A stretch of 64,000 bases of DNA, from positions 620,001-684,000 of the forward strand of contig CM075990.1 in NCBI GenBank assembly GCA_038087875.1. The letters are read 5' to 3'. Of this stretch, positions 22,304 through 35,688 are shown one piece after another. Origin of the DNA: Malacoraja senta. Its lineage: Eukaryota. The notes beneath the pieces were generated by a model. The model searched no databases and was not told the DNA's origin. It was given only the letters and a program-made list of their open reading frames with translations. The first letter of the stretch is position 1. Every line of letters begins with the position of its first letter. The position numbers were made by a program, and so were the translations under genes.

Positions 22304-25298
22304 TGTATTATCTTGTTCAGTGCACTTTATCAATCAGTCCAGTCGAAGTCCTTATTCTTATTCCATCCCATTCCTGTAGTTACTACACTATCCTATACAC
22401 TGTCTCTTTCTAAGAATTTTGGCAGGGAACCAGATCAACCTACTACGAAGGACCTCAGTGTTCCCGGGAGCTTCTTTGGGGAGTCAGTCTCAAAGGGTCT
22501 GACTAGTGCATTTTTCTCTCCCCATCTGATCCCGGTGAACCTGCTGCCACTTACTCAGTTGTTGGTTGAAGGTCCCAACGAAATCCCAGCTGGCTTGCCA
22601 AATGATAATGTTTGCATCTTAAAAAACAGACAAAATACAATGAATTAAAGTAAACCATACAAGCTTTTACTTTTTACGTCAAACGGGAGTGGCCAAAGAT
22701 GTTACAGTCCAGAAGAATCCAGTGATACTTTTGGTTCCCCCAAAATGCCACTTTAATTAACAAAAATCCTGGGGTCTTTTATACAAAATAGTCACATATG
22801 CAGAATATCAGGGGCATTATGTAATGTCCCAAAGTGCAACAGTCCAGTCTTAACATGTTGTTTTTCTGTGCCAGCTAGTGGCTATCCTGTTGTAAGTTAG
22901 TTCCATTTTCAGGCCTCTCTTATCTGATTGAACTTTTTCAACCAGAAAGCTTGCCTGAAAACACCATAAAATCTGGTCATGTGTTCCAGCAAGCAATACA
23001 ATAGCAATTAAATTATTTTCAATTGTTCCAATCCATCTCCCCAATATTCTCAATTTCAAATTCCTAGTATAAATATATACTAATAACAATTTCCCAAATT
23101 AACATTTTTAAAAATATATTGGCTTATCCACTCTCATCTAACACATGGCCAGTGTGGCATCCAAGTTTCCTTTCGAACTCAATTCAAAAGATAAGAAATA
23201 AGAAGAAAACAAATTTAAAACATCAATAAGACAAAGCAACCTACATTTTTTTTCATCTCTCCTCTGTTAAAAGTTAAGAGAAAATAAAGAATGAACAGTT
23301 AATTTTCATAGATTGGTAACACATTTGCTAAGAACAAAGGAAAATAAAATAACTGTGTGTAGCTCCGCCCCCATACAATTGCACTTTCTTAAAGGCACAC
23401 ACTACCTCTTGAAATACATGAGACTCTACAAAGATTTATCACATAAAAGAGCAAGCTCAGTCAATGATATCCTACTTCATCTGAAGTGTAGGATTAAATC
23501 AGCATTCATCCAAAACCGCTTCCACAAACAAGCAACAGTCTTCTCATTGTCACTTCAAAGAAAACATGCAACTCTTAATACTTTGATACACCCAAATACG
23601 TTCATACATTGGTCATAAATTCAACACATACTGAAGAACAGTCGCGATCCAAAACATACATTTAGACATTCTTATGGGATGCAAGCAGAAGCCTCCACGT
23701 GGCGCATCCCGGGCAATGCTGACGACAGAAACTGTACCACAGTGACTGACTGAAGTAGCCAAATCTGCAACCACCGTCAACCGGACCGTCAACCGTCACT
23801 GACCGACCGGAAAGACATGATATAGAAGATGGCCGGACACGAGGAAGAAGAAGAAATTCTTATATCCCTCTCAACCCTCTCCCTCCCTCCGTTATTGATA
23901 CTCCTCCTCTTAGACACTGCTTATTTCATAATAGCTTCAAGGTGTAAGCAACATTCCACACATTTCACATTCCCTTTCCTCCTTCCCAACATACACAAGT
24001 TTTATCCGAGAGCAGTATGCCAGAGGGGCGCAGTCCTCTCGTTTCCATAGTTTTTATAATATACAAAGGCGTCCCCTTGTAATTAATAACTCTCCCCTTG
24101 TCTGACAAGACCGTTCTGTTTATTAGAATCTTTGGTTCTGTGGGGACTAGTATAAAGAATTTGCAAGCTGCTGTGCGGGCAGTACTGTAAGCTTGGGCCT
24201 TCCCCTGGGAGACTGCTTTGTCGGGCCACTCATATAGGCATTGCACTTAATAATGGCCAGGTGGAGTGGGAGAACTGAGGCTTGCAGTGTGGGTATCGTT
24301 GTCTTTAAGTTGGGAAAGTCTTCTTGTTGGAATGAGAGAGTTAAAATGAGACGGATTAATCTGCTAGGAATGGGCAGGCATATTTCACAGTGGGATGGTC
24401 CAATTCCCTGTCAGTCAGGATCCTGGGCGCTGTGATTGGACAATGATCCAGATTGTGATTAGTCAGACTCCCTGTCACTCAGGGTCTTGCCACATGCCAC
24501 ACCCATCAATCTCCACAAACAAAGCCACAAACTCTCCTCTTTGTCTCTCTTCACCAGAGGCAAGCTCGCTGCTTTGTACCAAAAGTTATTCAAAGTTCGA
24601 AGGCAAGTTTGTTTTAAACAAAAATACAGGCTGTTGGCTGGGATTTAAAGTTCTTGAGCAGCCTTGATTCTCATGCTTATTTTTCTTCTGGTCTGTCTGA
24701 TGTTTCTCTCTCTGTTGCTCTGTGTTGTTTAACTCTTTCACCTGGATTCAATACTGCTCCTTCTTCCTCTCCTGCCTCAGCCCTTTCCCTTCTTCTTTCT
24801 CATCTGCCTTTTCAGTCTCCAAGTCGCTATCAGTATCATTTTTGTCTGGGGGTGCCTTCCCTGTAGGGGTGCTAGAGCCTCCCCCCATGGGATATTATAT
24901 GGGGGAGGTGGTCTACACTATTCCCGACTTTGTTCCTCACTCCCCACCAAATTTGTTCCTTCATCCCCACTCTTCTATAAACAGGGTCGCTATGCCAGAC
25001 AGGTGGTCTCCAGAAAAATTACCAGCACAGGGTTTGTTCTTAACTAATAATTGCTTGTTCTCTGAACTCTTCATATCGGCGCTTTCTTTCTCTGCCTTGG
25101 CCCTTAACAATTTGCAATTTTATGTTACCTAATTAGTCCCTATTCTCCCTGACTTTACCTGTTCTGCCCGTTCAGACCCCTTACTCTTCTAAAGGGCAGT
25201 ATCCACAGAATGCTTTGTCCATTCAAACCCCTTTCTCTTCCTAGGGTGGTATCCACATGATCTTGTTCACATCACACAGAATCTACTTTCTCAGATCA

Positions 25299-28200
25299 AT
25301 TTTACTTCGGAGTCACGTGAGTGATTCCGTGAAGAAGTCCCGCCAGAGCGCATGCGCTTCATTACGTCAGTCGTATTAGCGCAGGGAGGAACAGAGCTCC
25401 TCCAGCGGTAAGTTTGAAAAATCCTGCAGGTAAGTTTAAACTTACTTTTCAGGTTGTCCGTTGCAGGAATCTCTTCTCGCAGGTTCCTACTGGATATCAA
25501 ATTGAGCATAACCCGGTGGACCGCGGGGAAATTGTTGACCGCGGGGATGCCGGCTTCAGACAGCGGAAGTGCGGTAGCAGGCGGCCGGTGGGTTTTGCTG
25601 GTTGAGTCGCAGACAGAACGGTCTGCGACTCCCGAGGTTTAATTCGGGCTGCGGGGTTTTGTTGACCGCGGGTTATGCAAGCTACGGTCATGATAGACTG
25701 CGGGTGGCTGTTGGGCTTGTTGTTTCAAGTCGCTGACAGGGAGGTCAGCAACTCCCGAGAGGGCCGTGGGGTTCTCTAGACCGCGGGGATACCGGCTACG
25801 GTCGGCGGTAATCCCCGCGGTCGGACTTTGGCAGCCCATATGAAGGAAACCATGTGGAGCCTGGCCAGGAGGGTCCCCTCTGTCATATATGTATGTCCTC
25901 ACACGTGCAGTATCCTGAAATGGTGAGCCATATCAGGGCAGGTGATCAGGGGATTGCGGCAGCACCTGTGTTTTCAGGGCTGCTTACCAATTCCCTCAGT
26001 GGAGAGAAGTACAAGGGGTCAGTGTGTGGCTGATCCCAACCCCAACCCAGGAAGTGAGACTAGTGGTTTATCATCCTTATGTGTCTATGGCAGTAGCATT
26101 TTCTGCTAATTCTGTGGAGGTTTCAGGTGTAGGTCCAAGCTGGCCTTCAAGGAGAATTTACAATTCGCGCATCCCGGCATTGCTGCCCTCCAAATTAAGG
26201 ACGAACGCAAATTTTGGAAGCGTTCAAAAGGGTAGACATTATAGTTGCCACTAGGTCACGTTGTGACTATCATACTGAGACAGATGATTATCATTTACAC
26301 AATTTAGGAAATGGGAAGCCTTGTTGAGCTGTATTATCAGTCACCTGTGGGAGTTACACCAGGCGGCGTCATAGTAATTCTGCTCATTAAAGGGACTGTG
26401 CACGTTTTCTTCCCCAAGACGCCGGATTATTCATATTAAAAGTAAATAAATCCCAGATTTAACTGGGATGGGCGTCTTCATTCACATAATGTCTTTGCCT
26501 ATGACAAATAACTGTTAAGTTGTCGAACAACATGCTTGGTACAGAGGCATGTACAAGCAAATGGAAGAGATGGATGGTGATACCTGCTTCAGCTGCGATT
26601 ACTCCCACTCTAAAAGTGTGTCTAAGTTAGTATGGATTAACTCCAAACAGGAATCCGAACATGGCTATGTGCCGGGATCCCATGCTGAATGCATAAGGCA
26701 CGACGATCGCATGAGGGAAAGCAGCGGGCGTTGCCTCTAAAATTGCTGCTCAGTCGGAGATGGACTAGCCACTACAAGAGAAGTTGGCCAGCAGCATCAG
26801 CGATCTAATGGAAAAGAAAAAAACATGGTAGTGAATCTGCTCAGGGATGAAAAGGGTAGAGCTAATAGACAGCTGTATCAAGCTAATTGAGGAGCAACAG
26901 CCTTCAATTAGACAGGTGGCAAGTCTGCTTGGAAAATTAGTGGCAGCATTTCCGGCAGTTCAATATGGGCCATTGCACTACCAACAGTTACAGAGGGCAA
27001 AGGAACAGGCACTAAGGATACATTTGGGTCATTATAATAGACCCATGCAGTTATCAGCAGAGGCTGTTGCTGATTTGCAATGGTGGATTCAGCATGTGTT
27101 CAGTAGTTCGAGCATTATAGGTGCTTGAGCAGCCTTCCATGATTTTGCAGACGGATGTCAGTGCACTCGGGTGCGGTGCCACGGATACGAGTTCAAGCTG
27201 TGGAGGCAGATGGACTGAGCAACAGGGATCGCTTCTGCAGACATGGGGAATTAACTATTTAGAGCTTTTATGAGCTTTTTATGGACTTAAGGCTTATTGC
27301 TCTAACAAAGGTAACCGGCATGTTCAGTGTCAGATTGACAACACTACGGCAGTGGCATATATTAATCACATGGGTGGAATCAAGTCGGTATCTTGTGACA
27401 GATTGGCTAATCAAATTTGGGCCTGGTGTATTGATAAAGATATTTGGCTTTCAGCTATTTATCTACCAGGTAGATTCAAACTGTAGCAGACGCCAGGTCA
27501 CGAACGTTCCATGACAACACAGAGTGGATGTTGAACCAGGAGCTGTTCAATAATATAGTAGTTACATATGGAATGCCAGATATCGATTTGTTTGCATCCA
27601 GGCTTAACCACCTGCTGCCTAAATATGTTTCATGGGAACCAGACCCGGGGGCAGTTGCAATTGATGCTTTCTCGCTACATTGGGGTGGTATGTTTTAATA
27701 TATTTTCCCACCATTCTGCCTCATAGGTCTGCAAAAAATCAAGCAGGATGCCGCTTCGGGGGTGCTTGTAATACCTAATTGGCCGACTCAAGCATGGTTC
27801 CCTTTGATGTTACAGTTAGCAATCCAACCTCCTTTGGTGGTTCCCAAGAGTAGGAATTTACTGCAGCACCCGGTAACATGGGAAAGTCATCCGTTATGTG
27901 ACCGTATTGATTTGTTAATTTGCAGGTTTTAAGAAGGCCATACCTGGGGCGAGGACTATCTGGGCAAACTGTGGAATGCTCACTGCAGCCTAGAGAAAGA
28001 GTACTCAAAAGCAGTATATTACTTATGTAAAAAATGGGAGCAATATTGTGTACAAAATAATATTGACTATAGTACTGCAGGTATTGTGGATGTTTTAGAG
28101 TTCCTGTCGACACTCTACTATGATGAGGGGCTCAGTTTTTGGCGCCATTAATACAGCTAGAAGTGCTTTGTCCTCGTATCTTTTGATGGGGTCAGGGAAA

Positions 28201-29197
28201 GATCCTATTGGTTCTCATCCTCTCATAGCTCGATTGATGAAAGGAATTTTCAACTCCAAACTAAACCCAGGTATATGGCAATCTGGGATGTAAGTGTGGT
28301 CCTCAAGGTGCTTCGTCAGTGGGTTTCAAAATTGTGTTTTCAGCATATCCTACTGATTCATGTATATGTGTAAGGACACATTTATTACATTATATTGAAG
28401 CTACTTGGGCCTTAAGAAATGTGGAAACTGGATTGTTATCAGTAACAAGAAACCACACAAGAGAGTGTCAGTGCAGACTATCTCAAGGTGGTTAAAGCAA
28501 GTGCTGATTCAGGCAGGTATTAACACTGACGTGTTTACATCTCATTCCACTAGGGCAGCAGCAACGTTGGCGGCCATATTCTCGCAGCCGCCGGGTGGTC
28601 AAATGAATTGGTTTTTCAACATTTTTACATTGGCTGATTGCCGATCGGGGGCTGTTTGCTGATTCAGTATTAAGTTCTGTTTAAGTTTCCCCCCTCGCAT
28701 AGAGGGCTTACTGTTTGTTTTGATTATTCAAACAAATTGTTACTGCATGATATTCAATTTCATGTTTAACGCATTATTGATTATTTCTCATCCAGAGTCA
28801 ATCAATGCAGTGAGAAGCCGGGATTTGAATCTACGGCATAAAATCACAGAGCTTTGAACTCTTCACGGAATCACTCACGTGACTCCGAAGTAAAATAGTA
28901 AGATTAAACGAGAACTTACCAGTTTGAAGTTTGATCTTTATTTTATGAGGAGTTACGTTGGTGATTACGTGCCCACCACGCCCAACCCTCTCTCTCATAA
29001 AGGTCATATGGTAGTTCTCATGTTGCTGATCTTACTATGTTACTTCAAATATTCTGTTATCTGTGATTTCATACCGCTGCTTTGAAGATTGACGCGCATG
29101 CGCTCTGTCGGGGCTTCTTCACGTAATCACCAACGTAACTCCTCATAAAATAAAGATCAAACTTCAAACTGGTAAGTTCTCGTTTAATCTTACTATT
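25299..29197 (+). mobile_element. DIRS1-type tyrosine-recombinase retrotransposon, internally deleted (copy 1)
   Basis: Left ITR from 25299; ICR 28861-28971; right ITR plus extension 29091-29197; ATT at both ends; RNase H (LQTDVS, INYLEL, IDNTTAVAYINHMGG), methyltransferase-like (DLFAS..FPPF..PNWPTQAWF), YR (HSTRAAAT). Confidence 0.93.
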
Positions 29198-29243
29198 ATA
29201 TTCTATTTACCGTACTGCGCAGTCTTCTCGAGTAATCCTCCGG

Positions 29244-29443
29244 NNNNNNNNNNNNNNNNNNNNNNNNNNNNNNNNNNNNNNNNNNNNNNNNNNNNNNNNN
29301 NNNNNNNNNNNNNNNNNNNNNNNNNNNNNNNNNNNNNNNNNNNNNNNNNNNNNNNNNNNNNNNNNNNNNNNNNNNNNNNNNNNNNNNNNNNNNNNNNNNN
29401 NNNNNNNNNNNNNNNNNNNNNNNNNNNNNNNNNNNNNNNNNNN
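29244..29443. other. Assembly gap (200 N)
   Basis: Run of exactly 200 N. Confidence 1.
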
Positions 29444-30056
29444 AGTATAGAAGTTGGGATGTAATGTTAAAATTGTACAAGGCATTGGTGAGGCCAATTC
29501 TGGAGTATGGTGTACAATTTTGGTCGCCTAATTATAGGAAGGATGTCAACAAAATAGAGAGAGTACAGAGGAGATTTACTAGAATGTTGCCTGGGTTTCA
29601 GCAACTAAGTTACAGAGAAAGGTTGAACAAGTTAGGGCTTTATTCTTTGGAGCGCAGAAGGTTAAGGGGGGACTTGATAGAGGTTTTTAAAATGATGAGA
29701 GGGATAGACAGAGTTGACGTGGATAAGCTTTTCCCACTGAGAGTAGGGAAGATTCAAACAAGGGGACATGACTTGAGAATTAAGGGACAGAAGTTTAGGG
29801 GTAACATGAGGGGAAACTTCTTTACTCAGAGAGTGGTGGCTGTGTGGAATGAGCTTCCAGTGAAGGTGGTGGAGGCTGGTTCGTTTTTATCATTTAAAAA
29901 TAAATTGGATAGTTATATGGACGGGAAAGGAATGGAGGGTTATGGTCTGAGCGCAGGTATATGGGACTAGGGGAGAATACGTGTTCGGCACGGACTAGAA
30001 GGGTCGAAATGGCCTGTTTCCGTGCTGTAATTGTTATATGGTTATATGGTTATATG
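29444..30056 (+). mobile_element. Young CR1 LINE 3' end, absent from the equivalent site in copy 1
   Basis: Stop-free 168-aa RT C-terminus (LYKALVRPILEYGVQFWSP..LERRRLRGDLIEVFK); (TTATATGG)3 tail joined directly to sequence matching 14858. Confidence 0.92.
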
Positions 30057-33000
30057 GTCCCCTTCTCTGTTTATATTCCCTTATTTCCTTCTCATCGTCC
30101 CAAATTGCAACCTCTCCTTCTACCTCCACAATTCCCTTGGAGCACTGCTTTGTACCGTCCGGGCCTGGATAGGTGTTAATCCCGGCAAAATTGGAGCAGC
30201 TAGGACTTCAAAATGGGTTAAGTTTCAGGGTTGCTGGGAGATTTGGTCAAATTGGAATTGCTCTCTGCAGAACTGGGACAAGCTGCAGAGAGGTGCCAGA
30301 GTGTCTGGAGCTTAGATACAAGTTGCAAGCAAAGAATGGGAAGATCTGCAAACCATGTCAATCTGGTGCAAAATTTGAGGAGAGAGTGTTTAAGTTAGAT
30401 ATTTGTTTTTGTTTAATATCGTTTTGTAAGAATCTGAATCGGGGTGGTTTGATCAGGGGTTGTACTCCTTCGATCGCTGCGCCGGGGGAGGAGTCATCCC
30501 GCTGATTGATTGCGCCACGAGGAAGATTAATTAGAGTGGGGTTTACTGGATGCTTATAGTTTATATTGGGGTGTGTTTTGGGTTATTGATAATTGGGGGA
30601 ATATTTTTTTTTTTAGTCATAGTTTTGTTAGCGTGGTTTGGGTTCGTTTGTTTGTGCCAACTTAAAGTTAATTAAGCGAGAGAGAGACTGCTGCGTGAGA
30701 GACTGCAAGTGGGAGTTAGACACTTTGTTTGAAAGTTTTGGAATTGAATGCTGTGATTGTGATTTAACTGATAAGAGAGTTGAAGAGACTGAATAGGAGC
30801 GAGTGTTTGAATAATTAAACAGGAGTGATTGGGAGATAGTTGAAAGGAAGCGATTGCTAGAGTAAGTGTGAATCGGAAAGATCGTTGACCATTGTGTGGG
30901 AGAAATTTCATTGACCTTGCAGTCTGAGAGTAGTAGTAAGAAAAAGAGGTGTTAGTGTCTGGAACCTTTATTTTACTATTTGTGTTTTGTCCATTGTTCC
31001 GAGATGGGGAATGTCTCGATCAAACAGATTGGAGAGCCCGATAAGGATAATTTGCGGGGAGCTTCCAAATGAGCGGATAGACTGAGAGAATTATCAGGGA
31101 AATAAATGCAATTTTAAAAGACCAACTTTGGCCGTTGGGGGGAATAAATTCTTTAATCGGATAAACTATATAGAGACGATCGTTAAAAATATGGGAATAG
31201 TGAAGAAGCAAACGAGTTAATTGAGATGTGGAAGATATTCTTCACTAAAAGAAAAATAAATAAATAAATTGTTTTGCTGCCACCCTAAGAATGGCGGCTT
31301 GTAAATTGGGAATAGGAGAAGACGATAGAAATGATCCTTCTCAGGACATTTCAGAGTAGGGACAAGGAGAACTAATAAACCAACAGCAGGAGCAGGAGAG
31401 AGTATCGTCTTTTGAAATGGAGACTGCTGAAACGTCTCTTAAATGGAAGTGCCGACGGAAATTAAATCGGGTAAATCGGGTAAGAATGAGAAAGGGGCTG
31501 CACACCTTGAAGGGACTTGTATGCCAGGGTGGGCAGAATTCTCGGAGTAGATATAGAGCACAGTATTCCTCACAGAACTCTCATGTTCCCAATTTGGAGA
31601 AACCGTGCGCAGCCTGCGAGCGGGGCACACGGGAGGAGTCAGCGTTAACTTTGGCTCCTCCTCTAAAATTAAATCTAACGTAGAAACATCAGGGAGAGAT
31701 CTTCTATCTCCAGGGGAGGACAATAGGGGAAACCAAGGAGCTAGAAAGAAGTCTTTGTAGTGGCCTGGATGAGGTCAGGAAAAGGCCAGATGCCAGGCAG
31801 GTTCAGAAGTCGTTTTAATGAATCATGGCAAACACACAGAACGCCCGCGAGCAGGACCCGGGAAACCCCGTGGGCAGACAATTGTCCCTGTCCCTCAAGA
31901 GCTGAGGGGGATGACCCAAGGAGTGACCTAACCGCCAGGGACCGCCACAACTTCATCCACATGGGTGCCAAAATTAATTAGGGATTCTAGTAGTGAAAGA
32001 ATAAAAGAATCTTTCTTGAAGTACCGGGATAAAACAATAGCCTTTCAGGGGCTGAGATAAGGGGAGAATATGGATGGATTCGTTTGGACATAAATAATAT
32101 TATGGTGTCAAACAATTCAGCACGGAAGAGGATTTAGTAAGAACACCCTGTAGACAATGTGTTTGTAGGGAGATGCCCGCATCATGTATAAATGTTCCAC
32201 AGACCACAGACAGTCAGACATCAAGGCAACCTGGTTCAACGGCAGCCTGGAGATTAGAGGTCCGAATAAAAAAGATAAGAACAAATGAGGATAAGGAGGA
32301 AGAAGACCTTATGCCTGGATAGACCTCCCATTTACAGAACCAACATTTCCTAGGTTTGCCTGGCGAGGTTGTAGAGCAATCCGGCCCGATCAGCGTTTTA
32401 GTTGTGGGGGACTAGGGCACTGGAGTCGTTCGTGTCCCATGAGAGAATATCATCAGGAAGGAAGGGGGCAGAGAAGGAAGCCATGGGGTCACGGAAACTG
32501 ATGGATTCCAAGGGGGTACCGAGGCTCCTGTGACCCTGAAGGTAGAGGATGGGGACGCTGGCAGGGGGATCAGAGGGAAGGGACATTCCAACAGTCCAAC
32601 CCATTTTTGGTAGCCCTAACCAGCCAGTTAGCAGCAATACCATCTGATAAAATAAAAGGCGTCCTCACCTGACCTAAGAAACAGTACTGTACATTACACA
32701 GGAACACCACCCCTTCCAAATAGGAGAAAATACATTGAATCTGACTCTCAGAGAACCCTCACTTAAGGCCGTGTCTTACCTGTTTGCGGTCATCGGCGGT
32801 GAAGCGCGGTGTAGACGGTAGCGAGGACCGCGCGGCAACGGCGAGAGCGTCGAGCCTATCCACCGGAGCATCGCGCGGATGCTGCGCGGGGGCCGAGTGA
32901 ATCAAATAGGGCGGGTCCCACGTGCTTGCGGTAGGTTAAAAAAAATGTTGATTTACCAGAAGCTTTTGTTGCACGTACGTCGGGTGATCATCGCACGGCC

Positions 33001-33785
33001 TGTCGAACGAGCATGCGATCCCGGACTTTGACGGGAGGGACGGAGGGAGGGGAACGTCCATTATTTTTTCAAGCTCGAGCCTGACGTCATTTGAAGCAGA
33101 GTCTGGAAATCTCGAGCCTGACGCCATCTTTATTTCAGGTAAACAAAAAGTAAAGGAATGTGTTTTATAAAAGTCTATTTTATAAATGACCACAGACTCG
33201 TGAGACAGGCCTTATAGTTAGCTTTAGAATTGCCCAAAAGATCTTTATTTCATCAGTTGAGTAGAACATGTTTACATTCTTAAGGAAATAAGCATATTTG
33301 GAGGGAAGGAGGGAGGGGGACGTCCATTTTGAGAGGAGTCAAGCTCGAGCCTGACGCCATTTGGAGCAGAGTCTGGAAAGCTTGAGCCTGACGCCATCTT
33401 TATTTCAGGTAAACAGAAGTCGCTGGCTATTTTTTGTTCTTAAAACAACATGTGTTATAGAAATGTGTTTTATAAAAGTCAATTTTATAAAGGGGGTTAG
33501 GGTCTAACAATTGTAGACCAGCAATAACAAAGTTAGTAATAACAATAGGATGATGTATATACAAAAATAAATCAGTGGTCACTCGTGGTTGTCTGCATGG
33601 AGTTTGTAAATCTGAGAACCATTTTCTTAGAGAGACCATGAACATAGAACAGTATAACACAGGAACAGGTCCTTTGGCCCACAAAGACCTGTCAACTCTC
33701 CACACGTTAAATTTTTCAGAATATTCACACTTATTCTCTCTTAATCTTGCAGCAAACTCGATTAGGACCTGTAAACTACTGCACA

Positions 33786-35084
33786 ATGGAAGACATTGAC
33801 ATTGCATTGCTGCTACACCAACATAATCTTCTCTTAGCAGCAGCCATCATGGTTGCAGGTCATCCGTGCAGCAGTTCAACAAAGAAGGTTATGAAGAAGA
33901 AGCCCAGGAAGAGGTCTGTGTGGATGAGGCCTTTGTTCCTGATGAGACCTACTTTGGGCCAGTATGAGACCATGATGACGGATCTGCAGCGGGTAGATGA
34001 TGCTGCCTTTAGAAATTTCACCAGGATCCCGCCTGACCTGTTTCAGGAGCTCAAGACACGAGTCGGACCTCTACTGCAGAAAATGGACACCGTCATGCGG
34101 AAGTCACTGGAACCAGGCCTGCGCCTAGCCATCACCCTCCGCTACCTTGGATCAGGGGATTCCTACAAGAGCCTGTCGTATAACTTCCGTGTGGCTCACA
34201 ACACCATCAGCGGTGTAGTCCGAGAGACGTGTGATGCCATCAACAAAACATATGATGAGCTTATTGACTGCCCAACTACACCAGACGGGTGGAGGAGTGT
34301 GGCGCACGGCTTTCAAAGCAGATGGAACTTCCTGCACACATGTGGGGCTGTTGACGGGAAGCATGTGGCCATCCGGTGTCCACCCGGGGGAGGTTCTGTG
34401 TACTTTAACTACAAGAAGTTCCATTCCATCGTGCTGTTAGCTGTGGTAGATGCAAACTACAACTTCATGTTTGTGAATGTGGGCACACCTGGCAATGCCG
34501 CAGATGGAGGGATCTGGAGAGAGACCTCTCTTGGGCAAGCATTGGAAGAAGGGAGAGCAGGCCTTCCGGATCCAGAACCTCTGCCTGGAGAAGACAACCC
34601 TGACATCCCCTACGCACTGGTTGGTGATGATGCCTTTGCACTCAGGCCATGGATGATGAAGCCATACCCTCACAGGGGGGTGTCAAGGGAGCAAAGGATC
34701 TTCAATTACAGGCTGTCCAGGGCTAGGAGGGTAGTGGAGAATGCTTTTGGTATCCTTGCTAGCAGATTCAGATGCCTGCTTACAACAATGGAGCAGGAGC
34801 CCGAGAATGTGCAGGCCATTGTCTACGCGGCATGTGTCCTCCATAACCTGATCCGCACCAGAGGTGCGTCTGCAGCCTTGGTGGAGGGTGACACGATGGA
34901 CAAACAGACAGGCGAAGTCACACCAGGTTCATGGAGAGCTGCAAGACCGGCATCACCGATGATGGCACTAGGGTCATTGCAAGGAAACACCAGCAACAGA
35001 AGAGCAAAGGAGATGAGGGACCATCTCTGTGCGTACTACAACTCAGAGCGAGGCAGTGTACCCTGGCAGGACAATGTGTTTTGA
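33786..35084 (+). CDS. Harbinger DDE transposase (HARBI1-like), 432 aa, single exon
   Basis: LAITLRYLGSG (HTH); GAVDGKHV; NYKKFHSIVLLAVVDA; LVGDDAF; FNYRLSRARRVVENAFGIL; ACVLHN; no stops; AATAAA at 35364. Confidence 0.95.
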   Translation: MEDIDIALLLHQHNLLLAAAIMVAGHPCSSSTKKVMKKKPRKRSVWMRPLFLMRPTLGQYETMMTDLQRVDDAAFRNFTRIPPDLFQELKTRVGPLLQKMDTVMRKSLEPGLRLAITLRYLGSGDSYKSLSYNFRVAHNTISGVVRETCDAINKTYDELIDCPTTPDGWRSVAHGFQSRWNFLHTCGAVDGKHVAIRCPPGGGSVYFNYKKFHSIVLLAVVDANYNFMFVNVGTPGNAADGGIWRETSLGQALEEGRAGLPDPEPLPGEDNPDIPYALVGDDAFALRPWMMKPYPHRGVSREQRIFNYRLSRARRVVENAFGILASRFRCLLTTMEQEPENVQAIVYAACVLHNLIRTRGASAALVEGDTMDKQTGEVTPGSWRAARPASPMMALGSLQGNTSNRRAKEMRDHLCAYYNSERGSVPWQDNVF

Positions 35085-35688
35085 GGATCAAAAGCAAACA
35101 GGGGATGTCAGGGTTGTGTTTTCACGGCAGAGGTACCCGATCATGAAGGCCCCAGATCTTACAAAAGTGCGATCTATGTATGTTGATGGATGGTTTTACA
35201 TTGCGAAATTATTGAATCTGTGTTAATAGTACCACCTACATCACCTATTTTAAAGTTGCCTGATCTTGAAAGGGCTTAAATGCCATTGTATTATTTTCAT
35301 GGCTTATAATGAAAATTTTTGTAATTCAATGCTATTCTATGCCTGTTTGTGTTTTATTTCTCTAATAAATCAATGATTTTGTATGTGAGATGCATTCCAT
35401 CATTTCAGGTTGTTTCCATATGAGATCTACGCCGCGATTAACAGACACTTTTTTCCACAATACTATATTAAATTTAAACTGTTTATTTAGTGGAAACAAT
35501 TAACATATTGAAAAACAAGCAATTCTTTTTAAATATGCAACACAATTCAACAGAACATTGTTCATTAGTGAAAGCAAACAAATAACGTCGTGAGAAAACA
35601 GTGAATTGAACGGTAATGTGCAACACACAAGCAGGCACAACAGTGAATTTTGGGGGCAACGTCACTCCTACGGCACATGTCATTCTTA

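Larger units (their letters stand above)
14858..29243 (+). repeat. Duplicated block, copy 1 (~14.4 kb)
   Basis: Colinear with 30057-50106 apart from copy-specific insertions and small indels. Confidence 0.97.

Noticed and set aside
29196..29497. ORFs containing X runs
   Set aside because: Artefact of the N gap
33786..35084. Domesticated host HARBI1 gene
   Set aside because: It lies within TIRs and a TSD, has a MADF partner, and has an empty paralogous site, so it is a transposon
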